Origin: an uncultured bacterium
GTDB lineage: Bacteria > Verrucomicrobiota > Verrucomicrobiia > Verrucomicrobiales > DEV007
Reading direction: 5' to 3'
Assembly (NCBI GenBank): GCA_963977015.1
Contig: CAXBMO010000010.1
Location: 96,001 to 160,000, forward strand
Length of the DNA stretch: 64,000 bases
The notes below the pieces were generated by a model. It did no database searches. It was given only the letters and a program-made list of their open reading frames with translations, and was not told the DNA's origin. A program made the translations under genes and the position numbers. Every line of letters begins with the position of its first letter. Positions within the stretch are counted from its first letter, which is position 1. This document shows, piece after piece, positions 39,174-49,498 of the stretch.

Positions 39174-40031
39174 ATGACAACCATTCTCGACGCTCTTCAG
39201 AAGGGGACCGGATACCTCGAAAAACACGGAGTTGAAGGTGCGCGGCTCAACATGCAGCACCTTCTGGCACATGTCGTCAAATGCGACCGAATGCAACTCT
39301 ACGTGAGTTTTGATCAGCCACTTGATGAGCCGGAATTGGAGGAATTGCGGCGATTGATGAAAGAGCGAACTTCCGGGGTTCCTCTGCAGCATCTACTGGG
39401 AGTGGTCGAGTTTTTCGGGAAGGAGTTTATCTGCGATGAGCGCGCGTTGATTCCTCGGCCCGAGACGGAACACCTAGTGGATCTTCTGTCGAAGATGGAT
39501 TGGCCGGAAGGCGTGCGAATTCTCGACGTTGGGACTGGCTCCGGTGTGTTGGGGATTTCGTTGGCAATTGCGTTGAAGGGGCAGGGTCCAAAGGGAGTTT
39601 TGGCGGATGTTTCGTCAGAGGCTCTGAGTTTGGCCAAAGAGAACGTCGAGCGATTGTCGGAAGATCTGGATGGATGTGATCTGCGTTTGGAAAAGAGCGA
39701 TCTCTTTTCAGAGATCGAAGGTGAATTTGATCTCGTGGTGGCAAACCTGCCCTATATCGCTCAAGCAGAGATCGCGGAATTAAGTCGAGAAGTGAAGCGT
39801 GACCCGGTGCTTGCGCTGGATGGCGGCGAGATTGGGACGGAAATCATGGAGCGTTTTCTGGCCGGAGTTGGCTCTCATTTGGCTGAAGACGGTGCCATTG
39901 CGATGGAGTTCGGGATGGGGCAGGCGGCTCGACTTGCGGCTGTGGCCAAAGAATGCGGTTTTGCGAATCCACAAATTCTGAAAGATCTTGAAGGGACGGA
40001 GCGAATCCTATTCGCAAGGAAAGATAAATAG
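39174..40031 (+). CDS. prmC: release factor glutamine methyltransferase
   Basis: ALIPRPETE, DVGTGSG and NLPY; follows prfA. Confidence 0.95.
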   Translation: MTTILDALQKGTGYLEKHGVEGARLNMQHLLAHVVKCDRMQLYVSFDQPLDEPELEELRRLMKERTSGVPLQHLLGVVEFFGKEFICDERALIPRPETEHLVDLLSKMDWPEGVRILDVGTGSGVLGISLAIALKGQGPKGVLADVSSEALSLAKENVERLSEDLDGCDLRLEKSDLFSEIEGEFDLVVANLPYIAQAEIAELSREVKRDPVLALDGGEIGTEIMERFLAGVGSHLAEDGAIAMEFGMGQAARLAAVAKECGFANPQILKDLEGTERILFARKDK

Positions 40032-40049
40032 TGTAAAGTTTCGGAAATT

Positions 40050-41309
40050 ATGGAAAAGCTCATTATTCGGGGTAATGGACCGCTGAACGGTCGAGTCAAC
40101 ATCAGTGGATCGAAAAACTCATCCCTCCCAATCTTGGCCGCGACGCTGCTGACCAAGGAAGAATGTGTGATTCGCCGGGTTCCGGACGTTAGTGATACAA
40201 ACTATTTGCTCCAGATCTTGCGGAGCCTTGGTGCCGAGGTTGAGCGGGCGAGCGGGACGGTGACGGTGAAGTGCGAAACGATCAAATCGGAAGCACCGTA
40301 TGATTTGGTTCGCAAAATGCGGGCGTCGGTTTGCGTCATGGGCCCGCTACTTTCGCGGTTGCATGAGGCCATCGTTTCATTGCCGGGTGGCTGTGTGATC
40401 GGAGACCGTCCAGTGGATCTCCACTTGCGAGGATTCGAAGCCTTGGGGGCCAACGTTCGCGTAGAGGGGGGAAATGTCATCGTCAAGGCCTCGGAACTTG
40501 TCGGAAGTGAAATCAATATGCGCGGCAAGCACGGCTCGACCGTTTTGGGGACCGACAACGTGATGATGGCTGCTGCACTGGCAAAGGGAACCACCATCCT
40601 TGAAGGGGCTGCAACTGAGCCTGAGGTCGTCGACTTGGCGAATTTCCTCAACAATATGGGCGCAAGAATTGAGGGGGCCGGAACGCCCAGGATCGTGATT
40701 CACGGCGTTGACGAATTGCACGGTGCCGAGCATACCGTGATTCCGGATCGAATTGAGGCAGGAACGTTTCTCGTGGCCGGCGCCATGGCCGGGACGGAAG
40801 TCACCCTTCGTAGAACCCGTCCGGATCATCTCACTGCCGTGACTGATGTCCTTACCCAATGCGGCCATTCGGTGGTAACCAAGGGAGATACCATGACGGT
40901 TCGGCCGGGAAGCACTTCCACGGGGGCTGATATCAAGACAGAGGCTTATCCTGGCTTCCCGACCGACATGCAGGCGCAAATGTGCGCCCTCTTTTGCCTT
41001 ACTCCTGGAATCAGCGTCGTCACGGAAACCATCTTCCCCCAACGTTTCATGTATGTGGCTGAATTAACTCGAATGGGTGCAAACATTCAGATGGAAGGCG
41101 CCACCGCAATTGTTCATGGGGTGGAGCAAATGAGCGGTGCCCCGGTCATGGCGAGCGACCTTCGCGCGTCTGCTGCACTCTTGCTTGCGGCGATCAAAGC
41201 GGATGGTGTCACGGAAATTAACCGCGTCTATCATATCGATCGCGGCTACGAGCATATTGACGATAAGTTGATCGATCTGGGCGCCGATATTCAGCGGTTG
41301 AATGCCTAG
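40050..41309 (+). CDS. murA: UDP-N-acetylglucosamine 1-carboxyvinyltransferase
   Basis: [27 protein letters not shown] and DLRA. Confidence 0.97.
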   Translation: MEKLIIRGNGPLNGRVNISGSKNSSLPILAATLLTKEECVIRRVPDVSDTNYLLQILRSLGAEVERASGTVTVKCETIKSEAPYDLVRKMRASVCVMGPLLSRLHEAIVSLPGGCVIGDRPVDLHLRGFEALGANVRVEGGNVIVKASELVGSEINMRGKHGSTVLGTDNVMMAAALAKGTTILEGAATEPEVVDLANFLNNMGARIEGAGTPRIVIHGVDELHGAEHTVIPDRIEAGTFLVAGAMAGTEVTLRRTRPDHLTAVTDVLTQCGHSVVTKGDTMTVRPGSTSTGADIKTEAYPGFPTDMQAQMCALFCLTPGISVVTETIFPQRFMYVAELTRMGANIQMEGATAIVHGVEQMSGAPVMASDLRASAALLLAAIKADGVTEINRVYHIDRGYEHIDDKLIDLGADIQRLNA

Positions 41310-41386
41310 CGGTTGGAAATTAGAGATTTTTTTCTCGATTTTTCTTCACAAATCTGGTTCGGCCACGTTAGCCTCTGCCAAACGCT

Positions 41387-41749
41387 ATGGCAGCAGGCTC
41401 CGAAACCGCTAACCCAAGCACGATGAGCGGAAGTTATTCTGCTCGTCGCCACATTGGTATTGTAGAGGACTGTCGGCAAAGACTCCGCTCAATTGGTGAA
41501 GCGATTGATCATTTGGAACGCAACCCGCCTTCGGATGTTGATCGAGAAATCTGGAACGCTGCCATCATCACCCTGGCGGCATCCAGAGTCGAAGCAATGC
41601 TGGAGCTTGATTCGGCGATGGAAGATTTTCCATCCGCCAGAAATGGCAGAGCCGTCATGATTCTGTTGGCGGAAGTGAAGCGCATTGAAGGCCGGTTGAC
41701 GAATTTCGTCGTCAGCCATCAGTTGAGGTTGCCGGACGAGACCTCCTAA
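41387..41749 (+). CDS. hypothetical helical protein
   Basis: Fills the gap; its stop overlaps the convergent Rrf2 gene. Confidence 0.55.
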   Translation: MAAGSETANPSTMSGSYSARRHIGIVEDCRQRLRSIGEAIDHLERNPPSDVDREIWNAAIITLAASRVEAMLELDSAMEDFPSARNGRAVMILLAEVKRIEGRLTNFVVSHQLRLPDETS

Positions 41750-42171
41750 ATGTCGATTGCGAGGATTCCTTCAGGTTCCTCGCGAAGAAGCAGGCTGGCG
41801 ATGGTTTGCTCGCTCAGGTAGGTCTTGATCATGAGGTTGAGTTCTTCAAGACATTCGGTGAGCCCTTGAAAACCGATCCCGCTATTATCCGAGTGCTCAC
41901 GCCGCTCAAACAGGTTGCCATCGACAAGCTCGATCACCTCACACAGGGAGATCTCGGAAGCTGATCGGTTGAGTTGGTAGCCGCCTCCAATTCCCCTCTT
42001 CGAGCGCAGCAAGCCACCACGTTTGAGGATCAGGAGGATTTGTTCCAAAAATTTGACGGGAATCTTGCCTCTCTCAGCGAGTTCCTGAATTTGCAATGGT
42101 CCTTGAGGGGAAGATCCCGCAAGAATAGCAAGAGCTCGCAAACCATACTCAGCTTTCTTAGAGATTTTCAT
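41746..42171 (-). CDS. Rrf2 family transcriptional regulator
   Basis: YGLRAL...FLEQIL..LKR.GL..S.RG..GGYQL. Confidence 0.92.
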   Translation of the reverse strand: MKISKKAEYGLRALAILAGSSPQGPLQIQELAERGKIPVKFLEQILLILKRGGLLRSKRGIGGGYQLNRSASEISLCEVIELVDGNLFERREHSDNSGIGFQGLTECLEELNLMIKTYLSEQTIASLLLREEPEGILAIDI

Positions 42172-42209
42172 TCTCGACTAGAATGATCGATAAGTCGCAG
42201 AAGTGCAAC

Positions 42210-43931
42210 TCACGAAAGCGGGCCGAATAACTCGAGGCGTTTGACCCGTTTCATCGCGAGGAGAATCGGGACTCCGCCGAAAACGACCGTCATGAAGACG
42301 ATGCCGGCAATGGCTCCGGGCATCCAGCCGTCCGATCCAATTTCAGCGACGCCCTTGGTTTGAAAGAGGCCGATCTTGGCGACGCTAAGCATGCTGATAA
42401 AGCAAACGATGTAGAGAAAACTGCAGATGAGGCAGAGGGTCCCTCCAAAACCCGAGACAATTTTCGCGGCGTTCGTTTCCTCCAAATTGGGGAATAACGC
42501 GCCAAGCCCGACCGAAATTCCGCAGAGCCCGGCGCTAATGAGCGCAATTGAACTCGTGAAGAAAACGATGTCCCAAACTGGCAATTGAAGCATCAAGCCG
42601 GAAGTCAGCTGGAGGAGCGTCGTCAACGTTCCGATACAAAGCATCGCCTGAACCCATTTTTGGAGGACAACGCGCTCGAGTCCCAATGGGGCCAGTCCCA
42701 AAATCCAGATTCGAGATCCTTCCAGGCTGAATTGGGGAAAGACAAAGCGGGTGGTTAGGGTTGAGACCGCCAGCGAGCAAACTGTCAAATTGATGTAGCT
42801 GATAATGGCTGACCAATAGGGATTTTCGTAGTCGTACCCCATATTTCGGAGATTGAGGACGTAAATGAGCAGGAGGCCAAAGACGATCACAAATTGAACC
42901 CATTGGGATGGTTCGCGGAGAAACGTGAGGACGTCCTTTCGGATCACTGCCCGAATCGGCCGATCCAGACCAATGACTCTGTTGGCCCCAGAAACCCAGC
43001 GGTAAGCGTGCCCCTGTGATCGCTCTCTTCTTCTGCTGGACGCATGGGCCGCCCGTTCGAGGTTCCGATTCCATGCCGGATAGAACCATTTGCCGCCCAA
43101 CCACCCCAGTGAGACGATTCCCATGAGCGCCCAGGACCAAAGCAGGGTGGTGAACCAATTCGCCTCATAGGGGTAAGCGCGGGTACGTTGCAATAAGGCG
43201 CGGCTCATCCAGGTACTGGGCGAAAGCGGATGCACGCTGGCCTCGGTATGTTTGAGAATCTGATCGACCGCCACCATTCCCGCTGACCGTTGCGATGCCT
43301 CTTGCGCGTCGTCGTAGGCCACGAATCCGTAACCGATGATGCCGAGCACGGTCACCCCAATCAGAGCGATGGCGGCTTTTCGCGAAATCCAGCGCAACAA
43401 CCCGAGGAACAAGGCACTGCCAACGGTTGAAGCCACGATGACAAATGCAATCGTCAGCGCAAGTGCGTGAGGATAGAACGATGTCGGGGCATTGCGGGTC
43501 GTGCCGAATGCGAGCAGGAGCGGGAAACTGATGAAAACCAGGCCCCAGCTTGCGAAGACGATCGCTTCCGTGGATTTCCAGAGAAAAATGACCCGGTGGG
43601 ACAGGGGGAGTGTGTGCAGCCAGGGGATTTCTCTTCCCTTGATCAAGCCGATGAAGTTGGTCACCCCCACCGAGAAAATCAGCATGATGAAGAAGAAAAA
43701 GAAGAGCAGAAAAATGACGCGATCCGCGAGAAAGCCTCCCACACTGGGCACCCGTTGAACCATGATCAGGCCTTTGGAAAAGAGCACGTAGCCCATCACC
43801 CCGTAGCCCAACAGGAAGATGGAAAGCGTGGAAACCATCAATTTCGACTCCGTAAACATTCGGGTCGAACGGCCACGTGCCATTTTGACGTGGTAGCGTA
43901 ACAGAAGCAGGAACTGTTTCAGGTCAGACAA
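42210..43931 (-). CDS. putative ABC-2-type exporter permease (multi-pass membrane protein)
   Basis: Many TM helices; LHTLPL, KDVLTFLREPSQW and FSLEG. Start uncertain (TTG 43931 or ATG 43883). Confidence 0.7.
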   Translation of the reverse strand: MSDLKQFLLLLRYHVKMARGRSTRMFTESKLMVSTLSIFLLGYGVMGYVLFSKGLIMVQRVPSVGGFLADRVIFLLFFFFFIMLIFSVGVTNFIGLIKGREIPWLHTLPLSHRVIFLWKSTEAIVFASWGLVFISFPLLLAFGTTRNAPTSFYPHALALTIAFVIVASTVGSALFLGLLRWISRKAAIALIGVTVLGIIGYGFVAYDDAQEASQRSAGMVAVDQILKHTEASVHPLSPSTWMSRALLQRTRAYPYEANWFTTLLWSWALMGIVSLGWLGGKWFYPAWNRNLERAAHASSRRRERSQGHAYRWVSGANRVIGLDRPIRAVIRKDVLTFLREPSQWVQFVIVFGLLLIYVLNLRNMGYDYENPYWSAIISYINLTVCSLAVSTLTTRFVFPQFSLEGSRIWILGLAPLGLERVVLQKWVQAMLCIGTLTTLLQLTSGLMLQLPVWDIVFFTSSIALISAGLCGISVGLGALFPNLEETNAAKIVSGFGGTLCLICSFLYIVCFISMLSVAKIGLFQTKGVAEIGSDGWMPGAIAGIVFMTVVFGGVPILLAMKRVKRLELFGPLS

Positions 43932-43935
43932 AGCA

Positions 43936-45099
43936 TTACCATGCGGGAACAACTTCAAAACAATAGCCACGAAGGTATTCGCTCTCGGGAATGGTGGCGA
44001 TGATGGGGTGGTCGCGGCGTTGGCCATAGCTGTCGACATGGCGCAGCGTTCGCTTCGCATCGACCGACGCATCCCGAATCACGTCCATGAAATCACCAGC
44101 ACTGACATGGTGGCTACAACAAAAGGTTGCCAGCTTCCCGCCAGGTTCGAGCATCTTCAGTGCCCTGAGATGAATTTCCTTATACCCTCGCAGGGCGTCT
44201 TTCAGGGATTTCCGGTTCCGAGTGAACGAAGGTGGGTCGAGGATAATCAGGTCATATTTGGTTCCGGCTGATTCCTGTTCCTTGAGAAAATCGAAAACAT
44301 TCCGGGACTCGAAACGAATTTCAAGATTCTCCGCCTCGGCGTTCTCCTTGGCGGTTTTCAGAGCGGGTTCGCTTGAGTCAATCGCGGTTACCTCAGCGGC
44401 ATCGGCTTTGGCGCACTCCAAGGCAAAGCCGCCCTGGTTGGAGAAACAGTCGAGAACGCGTTGTCCTTTGGCCTGTTTGGCGACGGACTGATAATTGTCG
44501 AGTTGATCGAGATAGAGACCGGTCTTCTGTCCTTCCCAAAGGTCCGCGAGAAAACTTACATTCCCGATTTTGAGGCGTTTCGGGCTTGGCTCGCCAATTG
44601 CGATGCTTTGTTGAGGCTCCAGTCCTTCCGCAGCTCGAATCGGGCTTTCGTTGCGTTCAATGATGCAGGAAGGGGAGAAGCGCTCCCGGATGGCATCTAC
44701 GAGCAGGTCCTTGCGCTGGTCCATCGCCATCGTCTGGGTCTGGAACGCGAATTGATCCTCGTAGCGATCGACAACCACGCCCGGAAGACCGTCACTTTCG
44801 CTCCAAACGACGCGGTAAACGGAATCAAAGCCCAACCGTTGCCGGACCTCATCAGCTCGCTCGATGCGACGTTTGAAGAAGTCCAGATCCAGATCCTGTT
44901 TCCTCCGTGAAAAACGGCGAGCGACGATTTGAGAGTTGGGATTGTAGATCGCGCTTCCCAGCGGGCGATCCTTGTAATCCTTGAGTGAAACGACGTCCCC
45001 GGGTTTGGGTTCACCGAAAATTTTCCTCACATCGGTACCGTAGACCCAATCATGGCCGTGATAGATGCGAGCTCGAGGTTTGACCACTATTCCAGCCAT
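43936..45099 (-). CDS. RlmI-family SAM-dependent rRNA methyltransferase
   Basis: PUA domain GHDWVY, SESDGLPG, GQKTGLYLDQ and LDPPSF. Confidence 0.9.
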   Translation of the reverse strand: MAGIVVKPRARIYHGHDWVYGTDVRKIFGEPKPGDVVSLKDYKDRPLGSAIYNPNSQIVARRFSRRKQDLDLDFFKRRIERADEVRQRLGFDSVYRVVWSESDGLPGVVVDRYEDQFAFQTQTMAMDQRKDLLVDAIRERFSPSCIIERNESPIRAAEGLEPQQSIAIGEPSPKRLKIGNVSFLADLWEGQKTGLYLDQLDNYQSVAKQAKGQRVLDCFSNQGGFALECAKADAAEVTAIDSSEPALKTAKENAEAENLEIRFESRNVFDFLKEQESAGTKYDLIILDPPSFTRNRKSLKDALRGYKEIHLRALKMLEPGGKLATFCCSHHVSAGDFMDVIRDASVDAKRTLRHVDSYGQRRDHPIIATIPESEYLRGYCFEVVPAW

Positions 45100-45195
45100 C
45101 CCTTTCGTAGCTACATCTCGCCACCAAAGTCAACCTTTGCGAGGTTTCTTCGGCAGAGAAAGTTTTCCCCGGGCTCCAACGTGCCTTGCCGGTGG

Positions 45196-45663
45196 TTACT
45201 GACGGACGAGGCTCAATTTCGCGGTAGCCGCGTCCGCGCCGGTTTTGGTGAGTTCGACGAAAAGGGCTTTGGAGTCCAATTTGAGTCTGAAAACCCGCTC
45301 AGGCCCTTTGATGAGAGCCGTTTTTTCCGCGTAATCGACCAGCGCATTCATGGTGACGGAAACACCATCGCTATTGGCGTATTCTACGGTGATGACCCCG
45401 TTCGACTCAGCAAACGTCATGCTGTAAAGGCCGAGATCGCCATTGATCGTAATGTCGCCCTCCAGCGTGAACGTTCCGTTCTTCTTGTCTTCAGCTCTTA
45501 CCCGTGCCGGTGTGATCGGGATCGTTTTTCCTTCACTAACCAAACTTCCGGAACCATTCCAATCCCCTGACAGACTGATGAAAAAGGGCTTGTCGAATTC
45601 TCCGGCAGAAAGCGAGGAAAGACTGAAAATTGCGATGGAAAGGAAAGCGGCGGGTAGTTTCAT
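45196..45663 (-). CDS. hypothetical exported beta-rich protein
   Basis: Signal peptide; LSGDWNGSG followed by alternating beta strands (lipocalin-like impression only). Confidence 0.65.
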   Translation of the reverse strand: MKLPAAFLSIAIFSLSSLSAGEFDKPFFISLSGDWNGSGSLVSEGKTIPITPARVRAEDKKNGTFTLEGDITINGDLGLYSMTFAESNGVITVEYANSDGVSVTMNALVDYAEKTALIKGPERVFRLKLDSKALFVELTKTGADAATAKLSLVRQ

Positions 45664-45791
45664 CTGAATTGGAAAGGGTGAATTGGGTAGAGATGCAATT
45701 GGACGCCGACTTGCGTCAGAGATTTAGGAAAATGTTTCGTCACGAGCAAACACGACAAAGCAGGAAAACTCAACTTCGAGGAATCCGATGG

Positions 45792-46580
45792 TCAAAACAC
45801 GAACGAAACGCCCATTTTCTCAAAGCTGATTTTCCATTCTTTCAGCCACTTGTCGCCCAGTGCGTCAAACTTGCCTGATTCCCGATACTCTTTGAGGAAT
45901 TCGTTAATCTCAGCGACCAATTCGTCATTCCCTTTCTTGACGCCGATCCCCCAGACTTCCGAACGAACTGGCTCAAGGATAGCTCTCGTGGTTTCCTGGT
46001 TCCGTTTCCAGTGTTGGAAGATGGAAACCTGATCATAAAGAAAGGCATCGGCCTTGCCTTGGGCGACTTCCATCGCGCAATTCCCGGAATCCTCGAGAAC
46101 GATGAGTTTGGCTTCAGGGAGGTTTTCCCGGGCCCAGATGTGTCCGGTCGTCCCGAGTTTGCAGGCAATCGTCAAGCCCGGTGTGGTCAGGTCCTTTGGT
46201 GAATTGAGGGGGCCATTTTTTTGAACCAGCATGCAGATTCCGTTGCGAACATAGGGATCGCTGAAGGAGACCTTTTCAGCACGTTGATCGGTAATCGTCA
46301 TTGAAGAAATGACACAATCAATTCGACCGCTTTGGAGTGAGGGAATGAGTCCAACCCACGCGAAATCGAGAATTTCGACTTCCTGACCAAGATGTTCGCC
46401 AAGCGCCTTCGCCAAATCGACGCTTACCCCCTGGGGCTCCCCGGTTTGGCTCTTCATTTCGAAAGGTGGATAAGCAAGTTCCATCCCTACGACCAAGACA
46501 TCGTCGGGATTGGCGTCCTTGCACCCTGCCATCATTAGGGCCAAGGGCAGCAACAGAAAAAGAATCAGTCTTTGGATCAC
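45792..46580 (-). CDS. amino-acid ABC transporter substrate-binding lipoprotein (family 3)
   Basis: MAGC lipobox, YPPFE and SSMTITDQRAEKVSFSDPY. Confidence 0.92.
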   Translation of the reverse strand: MIQRLILFLLLPLALMMAGCKDANPDDVLVVGMELAYPPFEMKSQTGEPQGVSVDLAKALGEHLGQEVEILDFAWVGLIPSLQSGRIDCVISSMTITDQRAEKVSFSDPYVRNGICMLVQKNGPLNSPKDLTTPGLTIACKLGTTGHIWARENLPEAKLIVLEDSGNCAMEVAQGKADAFLYDQVSIFQHWKRNQETTRAILEPVRSEVWGIGVKKGNDELVAEINEFLKEYRESGKFDALGDKWLKEWKISFEKMGVSFVF

Positions 46581-47536
46581 GATGTTTCGGGAAGGTCGGT
46601 TTTGAGGTTGGCGGATCGTTCCATCAGGATCACGAGAACTGCCCCCACCACAATGAGACCGATGGCCAGCCAGGAATTGGGATCCGCCAAATCAGGAAGC
46701 CTCCAATTTTCGTATCCGGTCACCTTCTCCTTCACGTCTCCATCCGGCTTGATGAATTCCACCACCTTCGCGTCTTTCCAGGGCCAGATGATCGCAAGCG
46801 ATCCCGCGATAAAGCCGGTGATGAGCGAGACGGCGATGTCGTGATAATTCTTGAAAAGCCAGCTCAGGATTCGTGAAAGAGCAACGAGACCGGCCACCGC
46901 ACCAATGCCCACGGGAACGAGGACCTTGAAGGCTTCCAGGTCCAAGGACTTGAGTTGGCTGACCGACTCGATCATGACCAATTGATAATTGCCCATGAGC
47001 AAAAGGACAAACGAACCACTCAGTCCCGGAATGATCATGCTGCAAACCCCAACCACTCCACACAGCATGAGGTAGACAAAATTGTCGTTTTGCTCGGCCT
47101 GCCCCAGAAACGCCATCGAAACCGCAGCGGCGAGCCCGACTGCGGCCGCACTGATTGCCCCGATTCCCCAGGTTTTCACCATTCTTCCGACCGCAGGAAT
47201 CGACGCGGCAATCAATCCAAAGAAAAAGGCCCACACCAATGTGTCATGATGTTCGAACGCCCATTTCAAAAGCTCAGCGATCGAAACGATGCTTACGACC
47301 GCGCCCAGACCAAGTAATACCAGGAACACCAAGTCCGTATGCTTCAGGAAGTCGGAAAACTGTCGCTTCAGAAGCAATCGTGCGGCATCCAGATTGAAGG
47401 ATTTGAGAGCCTCGATCAGTCGCTCGTAAATACCGGTGATGAAAGCGACCGTGCCACCGGAAACTCCCGGGATGACGTTTGCTGCGCCCATCGCGGCACC
47501 TTTGAGGAGAATAGAAATCGCGTTCTTGGGATTCAT
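46577..47536 (-). CDS. DUF368 membrane protein (undecaprenyl-phosphate translocase family)
   Basis: GAANVIPGVSGGT and MIIPGLSGS repeats. Confidence 0.9.
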   Translation of the reverse strand: MNPKNAISILLKGAAMGAANVIPGVSGGTVAFITGIYERLIEALKSFNLDAARLLLKRQFSDFLKHTDLVFLVLLGLGAVVSIVSIAELLKWAFEHHDTLVWAFFFGLIAASIPAVGRMVKTWGIGAISAAAVGLAAAVSMAFLGQAEQNDNFVYLMLCGVVGVCSMIIPGLSGSFVLLLMGNYQLVMIESVSQLKSLDLEAFKVLVPVGIGAVAGLVALSRILSWLFKNYHDIAVSLITGFIAGSLAIIWPWKDAKVVEFIKPDGDVKEKVTGYENWRLPDLADPNSWLAIGLIVVGAVLVILMERSANLKTDLPETS

Positions 47537-47587
47537 GCGCGGCTAGCCTATGCCCTCAGTCTCTTCAGAGCGCAAGGCTGTCTTTGG

Positions 47588-49345
47588 CTAATACCGGAGA
47601 GTGGCGCCAAAATGGAGCCGACCACTTCCATCCTCATCCACACCATCGCTGGACAGGTGCCAGCCATAGCCGGCTCGCATCAACCAGTTTGAACCCCAGT
47701 TGTAGCGCATTTCCAAACCGAGGCTTGAGATCTCCTGATCCACTTCTCCCTCAATCGAATCATTGGAAGACAACCAGGCCGCATCGAGGAAGAAAGCCGT
47801 TGTTAGTTCGTCATTGAAATTCTGGCCCAGCAATTGGGCAACGGAAACCGGGGGCGCAATCAGCTCCAGCGAACCGACAAAACCGGCATCCCCCCGAATC
47901 AAATTCTCATCAAATCCTCTCACCGTTCGATAGCCGCCAGCGAGAAGTTGCTCCGTCGAAATCAGACGGGAATTGCTCCATTGGCCGGTTCCCGAGAAGG
48001 TCAGGTTCCAGCTCATGGGAAGCTTGATCAGCCGTTCCAGCGTCATTTCCGTATAGAGATAATCCGGAGATGCTCCCGTTCTTTGAGCTTCAAAACTTGA
48101 TTCGTCGTTGTTGCCGATCGAATTGCCGGGACTCCAGGTGAGGCCGAGGCCCAGTCCTGTCGCGCCCAACTTGTCAGGTCTGGCTCCTTTCCAGCCGAGA
48201 CTGAACTGCAGAACGGATGCCGTCTCATCAAAGACGTTTTGCCCCCCAAACTCCAGGTCGCTGTTGGTTGTCTTGTAGTCCGTGCCAAACGAAAGTTCCG
48301 ACTTGGAGAGGTCAAAGAGTCGTGAGCGAATTGGAATGACGTATTCCAAACCTGCAAGGCTGCTTTCGCCGCCGACTCCGATTGCATCGTCACCGCTGAA
48401 GAGTTCGGCATCGCTCTTCACCAACGCCCCAACCAAGTCAATGCGGTGCCTCCAAGGCAACGGAATTCGGTAGAACAGCGAATGCGCTTCCAAAGACTCG
48501 AATTCCAAATCGGTCGTGTATTGATACGCTGCAATCTGTTCCGTGTTGAAAACACGTCCCCAGGTGATCCCAAAATCCCATTGGTTTTCACCGGTCAGTT
48601 CAAGTCCGGTATTGTCGATCCCAGTGTGAAGGCGCAAGGGCTTTGCATCAGTGGTTTGGAGCACAATGTCGGTGGTGCCATCGGTTTCACCCGGTTCGAA
48701 AATCATTTTCACCTTGCGGAACGGGTGATCGTTCAACCAATCCAGATCCCAACCAAGATCGCTCTGTCGGATCGATGATCCCGGCTCGGTTTTGATCTGT
48801 CGAATGAGGTAATCAGGATCGGAACGTTCGGCACCTTCGACCCGAACCTCTCCAAGGAGCCCTTCTGTCACGACGAGTTGAACCACACCGCTGCTGACAT
48901 CTTGTTCCGGGAGGTAGGCATCAACCACGGGGCGGTCATCTTCGCGATACACCCGATTGATTGTGCGATTGACGTCCGCCAATAGATTCAGCGTAAGAGG
49001 TTGCCCCAAAAACCCGGAAAGTGCTTCGACGAGGTTCTCTGGTGCTCCTTCCAATTGGTTGTCAATTTCGCCCTTCCTGGCAGGCGTCTGATTGACCAAG
49101 TCCTGCTTTGGCAAGAGGACGAGGCCATTCAAGGCATGAAGGATGACCTTGTCGCTGCCGTCTTTGACCGCGAGGTCGTCCGCCGGAGATTCATCCAGAG
49201 ACAACGTATCGAGTCCCAACTCCTTGAGGACATTCTGCTTGAGTTCTTCCGTCCGATCCTTGTCCTGAGCAAGCGATGTGGAGGCCAGTAAGACAACCAA
49301 AATGGTGGCGATACCGCAAAAAAGCGGAATCGCTTTCGGGGCCAT
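47588..49345 (-). CDS. ShlB/FhaC/HecB (TpsB) outer-membrane transporter
   Basis: POTRA-like LPEQDVSSGVVQLVVTEG, DNTG, VRGF loop-6 motif and terminal aromatic residue. Confidence 0.85.
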   Translation of the reverse strand: MAPKAIPLFCGIATILVVLLASTSLAQDKDRTEELKQNVLKELGLDTLSLDESPADDLAVKDGSDKVILHALNGLVLLPKQDLVNQTPARKGEIDNQLEGAPENLVEALSGFLGQPLTLNLLADVNRTINRVYREDDRPVVDAYLPEQDVSSGVVQLVVTEGLLGEVRVEGAERSDPDYLIRQIKTEPGSSIRQSDLGWDLDWLNDHPFRKVKMIFEPGETDGTTDIVLQTTDAKPLRLHTGIDNTGLELTGENQWDFGITWGRVFNTEQIAAYQYTTDLEFESLEAHSLFYRIPLPWRHRIDLVGALVKSDAELFSGDDAIGVGGESSLAGLEYVIPIRSRLFDLSKSELSFGTDYKTTNSDLEFGGQNVFDETASVLQFSLGWKGARPDKLGATGLGLGLTWSPGNSIGNNDESSFEAQRTGASPDYLYTEMTLERLIKLPMSWNLTFSGTGQWSNSRLISTEQLLAGGYRTVRGFDENLIRGDAGFVGSLELIAPPVSVAQLLGQNFNDELTTAFFLDAAWLSSNDSIEGEVDQEISSLGLEMRYNWGSNWLMRAGYGWHLSSDGVDEDGSGRLHFGATLRY

Positions 49346-49498
49346 GCGCGAAAGGATTGGAAGTACTAGGTTCAGGCTACGTTTGTGTTTCGGTTGCTTT
49401 ATGGAAAAGGACGAAGCCTTGGTCAAGGCTAACTTATTGCTAAAATCGCCAAATAATTGAGGCGCAATCAAAAGAATGGTGGTTTCTGAGCTTCACGG

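Noticed and set aside
39174-40031. NLPY instead of NPPY in PrmC
   Set aside because: A modest variant in an otherwise intact gene in the normal prfA-prmC context
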